Assembly: GCF_009914755.1 (NCBI RefSeq) | Contig: NC_060937.1 | DNA length: 64,000 nt | DNA from: the human T2T-CHM13v2.0 reference genome, Homo sapiens | Strand: one strand, 5' to 3' | Shown: positions 38,627 to 54,150 of the stretch, one piece after another | Layout of the letters: each line of letters starts with the position of its first letter | How positions within the stretch are numbered: position 1 is the first letter of the stretch | Translations under genes and position numbers: made by a program | The notes under the pieces: model-generated | The model's database searches: none | What the model saw: only the letters and a program-made list of their open reading frames with translations | Told to the model about the DNA's origin: nothing

Positions 38627-41600
38627 GGAAGAAGGCACAGCAAGATGGTGGAATAGAAGGCTCCAATGATTGTCCCTCCTGAAAATACACCAATTTAACA
38701 ACTATCTACACAGAAAAAATATCTTCATAAGAACCAAAAATCAGGTGAACCTTCATAGTACCTGGTTTTACTCTGTATAGCTAAAAGAGGCACTGAAAAG
38801 ATAGAAAAAAAAGTCTTAAATCTCCATTGCCATGCCTTCCCTACCCCTGGAAAAAATGACATGGTGTGGAGAGCAGAGTGTCTCTGGGTGCTGAGGAAGA
38901 AAGAAAACAGCGATTGTGAAACACTGAACTCAGTGCTATTCAGTTATAGCAGAGAGGAGCCAGGTGCAGTGGCTCACGCCTGTAATCCCAGCACTTTGGG
39001 AAGCCAAGGTGGGAGGTTATAGCAGAGAGTAAAGCTCAGTTGAAACCTACCCACGGAAGGAGCATTTAAACCAGGTTTAGCCAGGGGGAATCACCAGTCC
39101 TGGTGGCCACAAACTTCTCCACTGTGGGCTAAAGTGCTCTTTGCTTCTATTGAAAGGCAGTCTACACCATAAGAACTACAATTTGTAGGCAAGTCCTAGG
39201 GCTGAACTCAGCCCAGATACAGTGGAATGGAGGGGCACATGACCTACTGAGACATCAGTTGGCATGGCTAAGGGAGTGCTGGTATTACCCCTCCCCTGAT
39301 CCCAAGCTGCACAGCTTGTGGCTCCAAAAGAGACCACTCTGTTATGCTTGAGAAGAGGAGAGGGAAGAGTGGAGAGAACTTTGCCTTGCATCTTGGATAC
39401 CAGCTCAGCCACAGTAGGACAGAGCACTAGTCAGAGTCATGAGGCCCCTGAATGGCCCTAGCTCCAAGATGACATTTTTAGACATGCTGTGGACCACAAG
39501 GGAACCTGCTGCCTTGAACAGAAGGACCCAATCCTGGCAGCATTTATCACCTGCTAACTAAAGAGCCCTTGGGTCCTGAATATCTAGCAGTGATACCCAG
39601 GTACTGTATCAAAGGCCTTGGGTAAGCCTTTGAGAATTGCTGTCTTCAGGTGAGACTCAGCTTATTACCAGCTATGGTGGCTATGAGACAAAACTCCTTC
39701 TGTTGAGAAAAGCAGAGGGGAAACCAAAGGGGACTTTGTCTTTCACCTTAGGTACCAGCATGGACACAGGGACATAGAGCACCAAGTGGGCTTTTGGGTT
39801 TTTCAATTCCAGAACTTGACTCTTAGATAGCACTTCTGGACCTACTCTGGGAAGGAAGGGAGCCCACTACCCTGAAGGGTAAGTCCCAGGCCAGGCAACA
39901 TGTACCATAAGCTGACTTCACAGACCTTGACCCTTAAGGGAACATTAGTGGTAGTCTGGCAGTACTCTCCAAGGCCTGTGCTAGTGGTAGCTACAGGGTG
40001 AGTGTCTTCTGCTTTAGGAAATGGGAGGGAAAAGTGTTAAGGACTGTGTCTTGTGGTTTGAAGGCCAGCTCTGCTGTAGTAAAATAGAACACCAAATAGA
40101 CTTCTAAAGTTTTTGGCTCCTTGCCCTGACTCCCAGGCAGCACTTCTGGACCGACCCAGGGCCTAGGGGTCTCACCACCATGAAGGGAAGGACACAGGCC
40201 CAACTGGCTTTGCCATTTGCTAATTGTAGAGCCCCGGACCTTGAGCATACATAGACAGTAGCCAGGGAGTGGTTACAGCAGGCCTTGGGTGAGACTCACT
40301 GCTGTGCTGGCTTCAGATTTGACCCAGCAGAGTCATAGTGGTGATGGCCACATGGGTGATTGTGTCACTCCACCTCTCAGCATTAGGTGGCTTAGAATAG
40401 AGAGAGACTTTATTTGTTTGGGAGAAAGTAAGGGAATAGAACAAGAGAATCTTCCTGGCAAACTAGATAATTCTCCTGGAATTTATCCAAGACCATCAAA
40501 GCGGTAACTCTATGAGTCTGCAAGAATCACAGCATTACTGGGCTTAGGGTGGCCCCTAAAGAAGATACAGATTAGATTACAACCCCCAAGTCCTTTCAAA
40601 TACCTGGAAAGCTTCCAAAGAAGGACAAGTACAAGTAAGCCTAGACAATGAAGACTGCAATAAATACCTAACTCTTCAATGCCCATGCACCAAAGAACAC
40701 CTACTATCAGCAACACTATTGAGGAAAGCATGACCTCACCAAATGAAGTAAATAAACCATAAGGTTCCAATCATGGAGAAACAGAGGTATGTAACCTTTC
40801 AGACACAGAATTCAAAATAGCCATATTGAGGAAACTCAAAGAAATTCAAGATAACATAGAGAAGGAATTCAGAATTTTATCAGTTAAATTTAAGAAATAG
40901 ATTGAATAATTAAAAAGTATCAAACAGAAATGCTGGAGCTGAAAAATGCAACTGGCATACAGATAATGCATCAGAGTCTTTTAATAGCAGAATTGAACAA
41001 GCAGAAAAAAAAAAAAGCTAGTGAGCTTGCAGATAGTCTATTTGAAAACACACAGTCAGAGGAGAAAAAAGAAGAAACAATGAAGCACAGCTACAGGCTC
41101 CAGAAAATAGCTTGAAAAGGGAAAAATATAAGTGTTATTGGCCCAAAGAGGAGGTAGAGAAAGAGATAGGGGTAGAAAGTTTATTCAGTGGGATAATAAC
41201 AGATAATTTCCAACACCTAGAGAAAAATATTGATATCCAAATACAAGAAAGTTACAGAACACCACACATGTTTAATCCAAAGAGTACTACGTCAAGGCAT
41301 TTGATAATCAGAGTCCCAAAGACCAAGGATAAAGGAAGGGTCCTAAAAGCAGCAAGAGAAAAGAAACAAACAACATATAATAGAGCTTCAATCTGTCTGG
41401 CAGCAAACTTTAGAGTGGAAACTTTACAGGCCAGCAAAGAGTGCATGATGTATTTAAAGTGCTCAAGGGAAAACAAAACAAAACAAAACAAAAAACGAAA
41501 AACAAAAATACAAAAATCGTTTATGCTAGAATAGTATAAAATAGCAAAAAAAAAAAAAGCCCTTTTACTCTAGAATGTACTTACGTCACCTTGCATGCCT

Positions 41601-41669
41601 GCATCAAAACATTTCATGTACCCAATATATATATACATATATACCAACAAAAATTAATTTTTTAAATAA
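38627..41669 (+). mobile_element. L1MA-type element: long 5' UTR plus ORF1 remnant joined directly to the 3' terminus
   Basis: 5' 'caagatggtggaatagaaggctcc'; ORF1 remnant (NFQHLEK...RHLIIRVPK...VLKAAREKKQ...ICLAANF) at 41112-41534; L1MA 3' end 'ttgcatgcctgcatcaaaacatttcatgtacc' from ~41590. Confidence 0.85.
38957..39015 (+). mobile_element. 3'-truncated (tailless) Alu 5' fragment
   Basis: Alu nt ~1-59 flanked by perfect 14-bp direct repeats gttatagcagagag. Confidence 0.88.
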
Positions 41670-42209
41670 AAGAACTGAATTCTGACTTATTTTCCCATCT
41701 TTATTTCTAATAATTGTGCATATATTTTGAAACGTATATAAAACACCCACTGAAACATTGCTTATTTATCATTCATTACTCTTATCTCATGAAACTAACA
41801 TTTTAATTGAGTACAGAATTGAAAATTAATGACATTAGTTTGATAAGCATTTTAGGTGAAATACAACATAGTCTGAATTTGCAATAATGACTCACCCAAC
41901 TAAGGCCAGATCAGGGAATATTTACTTGAGAAAGCCATATTTCATACTAAGTGTCTTAGAAGAGAATTCTTGAACCAGGAGTCATGTCTATAACAGCACA
42001 CTACATTTGGAAAACCTTGGGTAATTCTAGATATATTTCTATGTAATCAATCCTCCGGAAAGGTATTTAGTAACCAAAATAGAATTCATCTGCTTCTTGG
42101 TGGCCTTTAAATGTTATCATTTATACATCTGTGTGATCGTGTTTAGTGAGAGTTTCTATTCTGGTAATTTTCAGAAAATGAAACGAAATTTGTACTCTTT
42201 GCAAATCTA

Positions 42210-43720
<1,511 letters not shown>

Positions 43721-44239
43721 TCTTTTAAAGTTATCTGATTTTCTATTTCAGGTAACGTTAACATGCATAGGAATATTTTGTGGAATGAATATCATGCATG
43801 ATTAATATATTATAGACATCACTGTTCATGTGTCACACTGTAGTGACATTATTTTAGTATTATATTTCTTATAGTAGGCAAATTCTACAATAAATTGTCA
43901 TGCCAAGCTAGTCTTTTCCCATTGAAAAGAGTGCTGAGACAGTGTATTGTAATATCATAAACATACTTACATAAGTATTTTGAAAGGTAGTATTTAATCA
44001 GGGCACATATCTTTTTTAAGCATTATAACATTATGCATAGTTTAGGCAAACCAGAGAGGCTTCAATTGTCCTCATGTATATGCAAAAATATATGATACTT
44101 CTAATGTTCATGTGTGTGTGTTTCTGTGTGTGTGCAATTAAAATTAAAGTAAGTAAGAGTGTTACCAAGATTCCCATTTTTGGAAGAAAAAGGTTTTGTG
44201 AGACTGTAACAGCTTGTAGAATTTTATTGATCAGAAAAT

Positions 44240-44490
44240 GAACATAGCATGTTGGGTAAAAGCATAGATTTTTGATCAAGGTATGCTGATTACAAATTAT
44301 ACTTTTCCTACTACAGTTTGTATGCTTTGGGAAGAGTTACTAGAGCAATTTGTGTTTCCATTTACTATTTACAAGATGATAATTAAAGAGTATCTACCTC
44401 ACTAGGTTATGATGACGATTCAATGTGTTTAGTATGTGTAAAAGAACCTGGCATAGAGCATGCATTGTGTAAGTGTTAGCTATTGTTATT
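44240..44490 (+). mobile_element. MIR
   Basis: 'tttgggaagagttact...gtttccatttact...tatctacctcactaggttatgatgacgattcaatg...acctggcatagag'. Confidence 0.65.
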
Positions 44491-46943
44491 GCAATATAAA
44501 GATATTCTTTCTCATAGATATTAACAATGTGTGTTCTCAGAGAACCTAAAATATAGTCCTTTATTAAATTTTCACCTTTCACTGAAAATCTTTGTTTATG
44601 CCTGACAATATTTGGAAATCAAATTGGTCATTCTCAGTTCACTTACCTATATTTGCTAGGACATGTGAATATTATTTAATTTTATTTTTCTGCTTTATGT
44701 CACCTTTACTCTTTTTAATGAGTCTCCCCCCAGCCAGTTTGAATAAGGAAATTGTTAAGTGGCAAATATTTTAGTGAATTTAGTAAAAGAAACATATAAC
44801 TGTGGATATCTGGGTAGAACAGCTTGTATTTGCCAGTAAACCAGCCAGAAGACACATTTAACAATTTTTTCAATCTTTTTGCATTTTACAAGTAAAGAAT
44901 ACCCACTGTTCCATGTTTTTCCAAAAGCAATGTTGTCCACTTTAATTCACCCTTTCCCATAGCTCTCTAAACACCTGAGAAATAACTATTTTCTCCTTTT
45001 CCTTCCCCGCTTGAGCTACCCATCAATAACTGTTTTTTGCTGTGTCCTGTTTTGGAGGACAGATGTCCTTAATGTGAGTAGACTAGAGTTGATTCCTGGC
45101 ATCAAAGGCTATTCCACTATCTATCACCTTCAAAGAAAATTCAAAGTAACCTCTCATCCCTTTTCCTTGTGGACTATCATTACAGAAACTTGCATTTTTA
45201 ATGCTATGGCCCTGCTGACCACGACATCTGAAACCGCAAGAATGGCAGTGTATGCAAAACTATCCTACTGTGCTTTTTGTTCACTACCTTGAGAAATTGA
45301 GATCTAATGCAGAAACCCCAAAGAGTTTTGATACTTCATGTTGAATGGGAGCTTTGTAGTTTTGGCACCAGAAAAGAAAATCCTAGGGAGAATTGTTAGT
45401 TTACAAAGTTGAATAACACTAAAATGGTTTTAAAAAGAGTAAAAAATAATATGTTGTGTAAATACTATAAGTCAGTAATCATGGAGTTGCCCCTAGATGT
45501 GAGTAGATAGTAAAATCTTTGATGCATTCCATCTGATTAATCTCATAAATATAGATGTGTTGGGCCCAATCTATATTATTCAGGTTTTTCTTTATTTAAT
45601 GATATTATAAATCAGTTAATTGATAGTAGTACATTTTAAGAACCGGTGCAAAGGTCTAATCAGAAGAAATCCTTATGAGAATTAAAGTCACATATCCTCT
45701 TATAAAGACCTTTCAAAGATCCTGAGAAAGAAGATTGAATGTCATAAATAAGTAAGTGTAAACTAATTATATTAACCAACAAATAAGAGTGTATTTATTT
45801 CACTTACGTTTGAAAACTTAAGAACTAATTTTGGAATTTGGATGACTTTTCAGAATCAGCTACTTAACAAATGTAGACAATAGTATATAAAGCCATCTTA
45901 AAAATATATAATGAATGCTTTCCTATGACAGAGGATGATAGAATCACTTAAAGGATAAATAAAAAGGGCATATAATTTTCTGCATATGGGAAAATTTTCA
46001 AACCATACCAATCCTTGAAATAACCATTTCAACAAACACAACCAATACTTGAGTTAAGATGAACTTTAATGGTAATGAGAGGCAGCATAATGAAAAACAA
46101 AAGGAAAACTAAACAATAAAACCTAATTGAATATGAATAGTGCTATATTTTATAGTCAATCAATAAATTTTATTGTGAAATTACTATATTTAGACACTGT
46201 GCTAGGCATTATGATGCAACAGTTAATTTAAAAAACCCCTGCATCTAAAGAAAGTACACTAGAGTATGACACTGGGCAAGTGATGTAAATTTTGAAAGTC
46301 AGCCTCCTAGTATATGAAATAGAAATAATAAGAGTACTCCATCTGGTGTCTTAAAATAAAATGATTATTACTTTTTGCCCCTAGTCAATGATCAATGAAT
46401 GTTACCTGTCATCCTATCATTGTCATTGTGATCATCTTCATGACCACCACTGCCACTACCATCATCATCCCCAGAGGAACCTTATCTCAAAAAGGAAATA
46501 GCTTTATGAACAACCTCATCTGTAATCTGGAACAATATTTACTTGGCACAGTGGTACAGAAGTTCAATTAAATGACATTTGCAAAGTAGTCTAGAATCAT
46601 ATGTAGTACAATATAATTTATCAAAAATGATGGATACAACTATTATATTTGCCCTCTATTATCATAGTACAAATTATAATAATTACAATTTGGACAAAAT
46701 GATCAAAGGGATTCACATCTTTTTAGAAAATGGTTTTAAAGGAGAAATGTTATTAATTTTTTTTTTTTACCACAGTGCATGTAAGATTATTTCCAAAAGA
46801 TTTTCTGGATGACTAATTTAAGACCTTCACCAAATACATTTGTTAAGGTTATCATATGGTAGACAATGCCAATGCAGTTGTTTAAAAAACATGTAGAGGA
46901 CTTTTGAGATCACATTTTTAGGTCTCACATTTGATGATACGGT

Positions 46944-46968
46944 TTCTTCTTCTTCTTCTTCTTCTTCT

Positions 46969-47003
<35 letters not shown>

Positions 47004-47164
47004 TCCTTCTCCTTCTCCTTCTTCCTCTTCTTCTCCTTCCCCTCCTCCTCCTCCTCCTCCTCCTTCTTCTTCTTCTTCTTCTCTTCTTCTTCTCCTTCTC
47101 CTTTTCCTTCTTCTTCCTCTTCTTCTTCCTCTCCTCCTCCTCCTCCTCCTTCTTCTTCTTCTTC
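46944..47164. repeat. (CTT)n/(CCT)n pyrimidine microsatellite, ~220 bp
   Basis: Uninterrupted C/T tract abutting the tail of an antisense AluJ. Confidence 0.97.
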
Positions 47165-47165
47165 A

Positions 47166-47474
47166 TTTATTATTATTATTATTTTTGAGTCAGGGTCTCA
47201 CTCTACTGCCCAGGCTAGAGTTCAGTGACACCATCACAACTCAGTGCAGCTTCCACATTCTGGGTTCAGGTTATCCACACACCTCAGCCTTCTGAGTAAT
47301 GAGTAGCTGGGACTACAGGCACATGCTACCATGGAAAATCACTTTTGTATTTCTTGTAGAGATGGGATTTCACCACACTGACCCGGCTGGTCTCAAACTC
47401 CAGGGCTCAAGCAATCCACTTGCTTACACCTCTTAAAGAGCTGGGATTATAAGCGTAAGCCACCACGGTCAGCC
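47166..47474 (-). mobile_element. AluJ
   Basis: (ATT)n tail, 'gagtcagggtctcactct...gggctcaagcaatccac'. Confidence 0.88.
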
Positions 47475-47896
47475 TGTCCTTCAAAAAATAATTGTGTACT
47501 TTTAGAATTGAAATCCATCTGTCCAAGTGTACATTAGTGCACTCACTCAAGATGTTTGGATTTTATATGCCCTATACTAGTCTAGTACTAGAAATCAAAG
47601 GTAATTGAAACATACTCTCCCCCTAAAAATAGAAATAACACAATGAGAAAGCAGGTATGTGCATATAGTTATATTGCTTCAATAATATGACACTCATTGT
47701 TATTTTAAAATTGTACATTCTGCCACTATATCTGTATCTCCTTTTGCACATCATCCATTGCAAGAACCCAATAAGTCACTCAACACAGCTGCCTGCATTT
47801 CTGGTCTAGATTGAGGCCTGTTTACTCTTCCATATCTGCTTTCAATCTTTTTAGAATGCCTTCCTTTTTCAATCTCTTTAGTCTCATATGACTTAA

Positions 47897-48237
<341 letters not shown>

Positions 48238-48894
48238 TATTTTGGATTCCATTACCTGGGTATATTTTTGCACATTTTTATGTCACTCTATGAGAAAGTT
48301 GCCTTTTATCATGCCCTAGGCCTGCAACTTTAGGCACATTGTGCCATATATTCCAAGTATGTAAGGAAAAAGTGAGTAAACAGCAAAAATACGTGAATAT
48401 AAATTGAATTACAAGGGACAGTTGATTCACATCTTATATAGGGTTAGGTTCAAAAGACAGCACATAAAGCAAGAGTTGTGCTTAATTAGAAGCCAAATTG
48501 GAGATAGACATACTATATCTGAATGAGTCCAGTGCCTTTCCCAGCATGAGGTCAGATTTAAAAGCAGATGAAAGAATTGGCTATTGGTAATATTAATAGT
48601 GATAAATGTAATACCAGTATTTCTGTACCACACATTATCTTAAGTATTGTACATATTTAATCAATATAATTTTCTAATATCCTTGAGATATTTATTTCTT
48701 TCCAATCCCCCATGTTAAAATTGAGGCAAGCTGGGCAATAGTGTTTCCATGGAAGATTGATGATGTGTATAGCAACCCACTAACCAGATGTATAGAGGCT
48801 TTGAATAAACAGGAAAGGAGCTGCTGCTTAAAACATTTATTAAAATGTGGTCATATACATCTAAGTCTCCCCTAACTGAGAGGCAGTTAACTCA

Positions 48895-49120
48895 AGTAAC
48901 TGTGGTAGTTAAGTGCAAGTTGTCTGTAATAAGCTTTCCCAGTTACCAATTCTAATTCTGTCATATTCTCTGTGGGATGTTGGACAAATCTTGACCTTTC
49001 TTATGTGGGTTTTCCCTTCTGAAAGTGTTGTTTTGAGAACTAATTAAATCTATTCACACAGGCAGTTAAAATCATGCTTGGTAGTTAAGCATTCAATAAA
49101 TGAGATCTATTGTAAATTAA
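48895..49120 (+). mobile_element. MIR
   Basis: 'gtggtagttaagtgc...ttggacaaatcttgacctttc...gttgttttgagaactaa...gcattcaataaatg'. Confidence 0.5.
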
Positions 49121-50404
49121 TATTTACTATTAAATACTGTATCCTTCTGGAAGTACTTCAGGGAAAGTTTCTCATCTCAATTTACTGTTGAAAATTTCTT
49201 AGATCAGAATGATGCTGTGTTAAACCACTGGGAATTTAGAAATTATTAAGTCTTTGTGTTTTAAGAGAAAAAAATTTTTGCCAAATATAAAGGCATTGTA
49301 ATGTGGCTTAATTGTAGGTAATTTTATTTGTGGAATATGGCTGGTATTAACTTTCTGGACTCTGCAGAGAGACGATAGTTGACTTCTTCCTTCTTATACT
49401 GGAAATAGATGATCCATGTTGAAAAAAATATATATATGTATAATAAAATAAGATTCAAAATGAGACATAAGCATCCTCATAAGGAGAAGTAAGCCTCACA
49501 CCTCACCTCTATTATTACATCTTTAAAAATTACTTTTATTTCTATCTATATGCCTTATGTAATTAATTCTTAGCTTTCTCAACTTTAAATAATGTTTCAA
49601 TTTTTTTTAAACAACCTAAGATTTTTCCTTTTATTTCTCACTCTGAAGTACACATCTTCTGCCTGTCTCTCTTCACCTATCATTTTAAAAAGATGTAAGA
49701 TGTTCAATAATCATAAGCAAGCAAACAAATAAATAACAAATAAATACTATTGGTTGTCTTTAAGTTAGGAGTCAAAAACTCACTTGTGTCCAGGCAATTA
49801 GACAGCCCTTTGGGTCCTACATGGAGCTCCTGCCCTCTCTTAAAACTTCCAATCTTGAGTATGGAGGCACCTGGGCTAATGCTTGCCGGATTGGTTTCAT
49901 TTTTCTTTCCACCCACAGAAGTTCCATTAAGCAGATGTCCACAGTGTTTCAACCTTCCAGGAAATTGCAGACTTCTCTTATTGGCTTATGTTTCTTCTCC
50001 ATTTTTGCTCTTATGGGTGGATCATTGTATTTTTACTTTAATTATCAATTGCTTGGTATAATTAAATTTGGTTTGCAGGGGGAAATCAAGAAATGTGTGT
50101 GTTCATTTTTAATTCTTGGAATTTGTATTTCTAGAATAGTGATGCAATAGAATGACATACTTATTAGGATAACACTAAATAAGTGTTCAGAAGTTAATTA
50201 TTATTTAAAAGAGTTTCTTTTCAAATTTTCTATCTTACATAAATAATGTGAATGAAATTTTATAGAATTTTACTTGATAAAAGTCTATTTTTTTTTGCCA
50301 GGGAATATGGGAATGTTTTAACATAGCAATGAATTTTATTACTACTGAGATGTTATTTACACCTTAGTATATTTAACTCACTCAAAAATGGCTTATATTT
50401 TCTT

Positions 50405-50530
50405 CTATTATATATATAAAATTATATATGCATAAATATATCTGTATCTCTACATATCATCTCTGTATATATATATATGTATATATATATATCTATATAT
50501 CTATATCTATCTATCTATCTATATATATAT
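50405..50530. repeat. (TA)n/(TATC)n compound microsatellite
   Basis: Direct reading. Confidence 0.9.
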
Positions 50531-52867
50531 CTTCTCAGTAGCTATCATGATTCCGTAACAGAAAGTAAATATTATAACTTAGAAAAAACTGAAATTTCTC
50601 ATGTCAAGTGTACGTTTCTTTATACTTTATAGAAAACATCTTTTTCTCTAATGCTTTGTACTGGAAATGTCATCTTATGACAAAGTAAATACAAACAACC
50701 AAATATATCCTTTTTTATACGCCTATACTCTGCAAAGGTGGTTTCAATCAGAGAATATATGAAACATGAGGAGGTGGATCTGGATATACATCAGGTAGAA
50801 GATAGCCAGAATAAGTTGGTAGAGTTTTATCTGGTTGATACTATGCAAATAGAATTACTAATGATTTTTTAACTGCATTAAAGATATAAACTTCATTTAA
50901 AAGATATTTTTGAATATAAGTTTTTTTGAAAATGAGCTTCTTAAGTATATGCATGGGGTTAAAAAAAACAAAAGCAGACAGGGCACATAACAAAAACACG
51001 TCTTTGACATTTCTATTGCAGGAAATAAAGGAGAAGTGCTTCAGTCAGCCAACTTTTAAAAGGTGAAACCCAGGTCATCAGTGAAAGTAAAACAGCAATG
51101 CCTCAAATAAGAAAATATACCCCTTAATAAACTGTTTCTGAAAAGGAACTTGGCTTATTTAGTGTTACAGAATAGAAATATTAAACACAAACATTCCTAT
51201 CTGTGTATGTTTCCAAAAATATCACACAACAGTGGTATTTTCTGTGTTTGTCCTGAAGTTCCTATTGTTTTGGTCAGTTTACTTTATGTCCTTATGCAGC
51301 CTAGAGTTGGTTGTTAAATTCCAGGGAGCATGCTGTGTTTGATAGATCTTAGAATTCTGAACTTCACTCTTAATATGGCTGAAACCATTCTCTGACTGAT
51401 CTGTCTCCTTGTATATCTCATTATGTCCCCATGCTAATTTGGAGCTGGATATAGATGAGTGTAAAAGAGATGAGTAGTTATTGATGTGATAGTTGTTTGC
51501 TGCAATGCAGTGGACTTTTTTTTAGCAGTCATCTTTTATTTTCTGTTTGTTTTTCACACAGCAACACGTTTCAAAACTTTTCAAATCAAATGGTCCTTAT
51601 TGCAAATGAAAATCTTAGATAGTAAAAAATTGGTTTAAGTCAACAGCTTCTATGGCTTTTCAAGACAGTTACATCTATGGGGTATCATAAAACAGTATAT
51701 TAAAAGTTTGCTTATATCCAAATAATAGTCGAAAAGAAAGCTGCAGCATTAACTATGTCTACTAATGTCTTTGTACTAGTACATAACATGATTCATTTGC
51801 TATTGGCATTTTGTAAAAACTCAGCACAAATTTCTGGAACAAAATGTAAACAGAAATTAACTACTATTAGGAGGCCCTATACCATTTTGACTACTTTTCA
51901 TCATTTATTTTCTCTCATTTATGATTTAACAACACATGTTATTTAAACTGAAATTCATGGAGTATGTATGTAGTAATTTAACATGTAAAATTTAAACTAT
52001 CTAAAACAAACTAGACATTTCAGTTTCTCCTGACCATAAGTCCTATTATTTTAGCAACCAAGAAATTCCGAGGTTTTCTATGTGGTGAATAGAGTAGCAT
52101 TAAAAAAATGACTCATGGTGCATACTAAAATTATTATGGGGCGTTAATTTATATTTCAGCTATTTATAATAATTTGTATTCACGCAGCACAATTGTTAAC
52201 ACATTCTGGGCAATGTGCCAGGTTCAGGGTCTCAGATATAAAGGACATGGGCTCTGTCCCCAGTATGTGCAATATGTTGTGTGGATTTTGAATTTATCTT
52301 CTTTGAAGAATATGTTCCAAGTATTTCATTTGGCCAACTTCCTCTGAGAAAAGTGGGACATTTATTTAATCAAGAGAATGATATAGCTCTTCAAAAGATC
52401 CCTCTGAATCACACTAAGGCAGCAAGAGAGCTGAGCTTCACTTTTCAGAATGGATAATGAGGTTGATTTTCTTTAAAATGGGCAGTTAAATTTATTTGGA
52501 GAAATAATTTTTTTAGTTTAAGAAATTCACAGTATAGAATTTAAACTTTAATCACATTATGGCAAATATTTTAAAAACATTTATTATTACAGCATAATCC
52601 ATGAGAACAAACCAGACTAAGATTGAGACAAACAGCAAACAGGGTTTGTTAATGACACCTGTATTTGAGATTGACAATTTTTTCTTAATCTATAAAATGT
52701 GACAATATCAATTTATAGTTGTACAGGTAAATAGAGGATTTTGGTGTAAGTTAGGCCTGCTTGGTGTTTCTATTACCTAATTGTAACCTTGAGAAACTAA
52801 TTTATCTGCTTTAAAATAAATTTTGTCTGTCAATAAAAATAAAAATAGACATCTCAAAATGCTGACT

Positions 52868-54150
52868 AAAGACAACCTTCAGAATGAGAGAAAATATTTG
52901 CAAATTATGCATTTGACAAAGGACAAATATTCATAATCTCCAAGAAACACAAATAATTCAAAAAGAAAAAACACACAAAAAAATCATCCCATTAAAAAGT
53001 AGGCAAAGTATTTGAACAGATAATTTCTCAAAAGAAGACATACAAAATGCCAACAAGCACATGAAAAGTGCTCAATATGCCTGATCATCAGAGAGTGCAT
53101 ATTAAGGCAACAATGAGTTACCATCTCATGCCAGTCAGAATGGCTATTATTAAAAAGTCAAAACACAACAGATGTTGGTGAGGATGCAGAGAAAAGGGAA
53201 CACTTATACACTATTGGTGGGAATGTAAAAACCACTATGGAAAAAACGTATGGAGCTTTATCAGAGAACTAAAACTAGAATAACCATTTGACCCCAAAAT
53301 CCCACTACTGAGCATCCAGCCAAAGAAAACCATATAATTATATTAAAAAGACATCTGCACTTGCATGTTTATCACAGCACTATTCCCAGCAAAGTCATGA
53401 AATCAACCTAAGTGTTCATCAACAGTATATTGAATAAAGAAAACATGGTATATATATACTATGGAATACAACTCAGCCATAAAAAATAAATGAAATAATG
53501 TCTTTTGCAGCAACATGGTTAGAAGTGTAAGCCACTTTATTTATTTATTTATTTATTTATTTGAGTTAGAGTCTCACTATGTCACCCATGCTGGAGTGCA
53601 GTGGCACAATCTTGGCTCACCGCAACCTCTACCTTCTGGGTTCAAGCCATTCTCCTCTCCTGCCTCAGCCTCCCACATAGCTGGGATTACAGGCCTGGGC
53701 CACCACACCTGGCTAATTTTTGTAATTTTAGTAGAGATAGGGTTTTGCCATGTTGGCCAGGCTGGGCTTGAATTCCTGACCTCAAGTGATCTGCCCACTT
53801 TGGCCCCCCGAAGTGCTGGGATTACAGGCATGAGTCACTGCGCCAGGCCTGGAGGCCATTACTGTAAATGAAATAACTCAGTAACAGAAAATCAAATACC
53901 ACATGTTCTCATGTATGAGTGGGAACTACACAATGCATACACATAGATACACAGGGAAAAATAACAGACACTAGGGACTCCAAAACTGTGGAGGAGAGAA
54001 ATGGTTGACGGTTGAAAAATTACCTACTGGGTACAATGTTTACTATTCAGGTAATGGGTACACTGGAAGCCCAAACCTCACCATTATGCAATATACCCAT
54101 GTAACAAACCTATACATGTACCTCTGAATCTATAAACATAAAATATACTG
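52868..54150 (+). mobile_element. L1PB-type ORF2 end and 3' UTR, interrupted by an Alu
   Basis: 'gacaaccttcagaatgagagaaaatatttgcaa...cagaatggctattattaaaaagtca...atacccatgtaacaaacct'. Confidence 0.9.
53536..53849 (-). mobile_element. AluS
   Basis: Antisense dimer with (TTTA)n tail. Confidence 0.93.

Noticed and set aside
41112-41534. Intact L1 ORF1p
   Set aside because: Frameshifted, truncated remnant of an old L1
46918-47188. Poly-Arg/Lys and poly-Leu ORFs
   Set aside because: Translations of the CTT/CCT microsatellite
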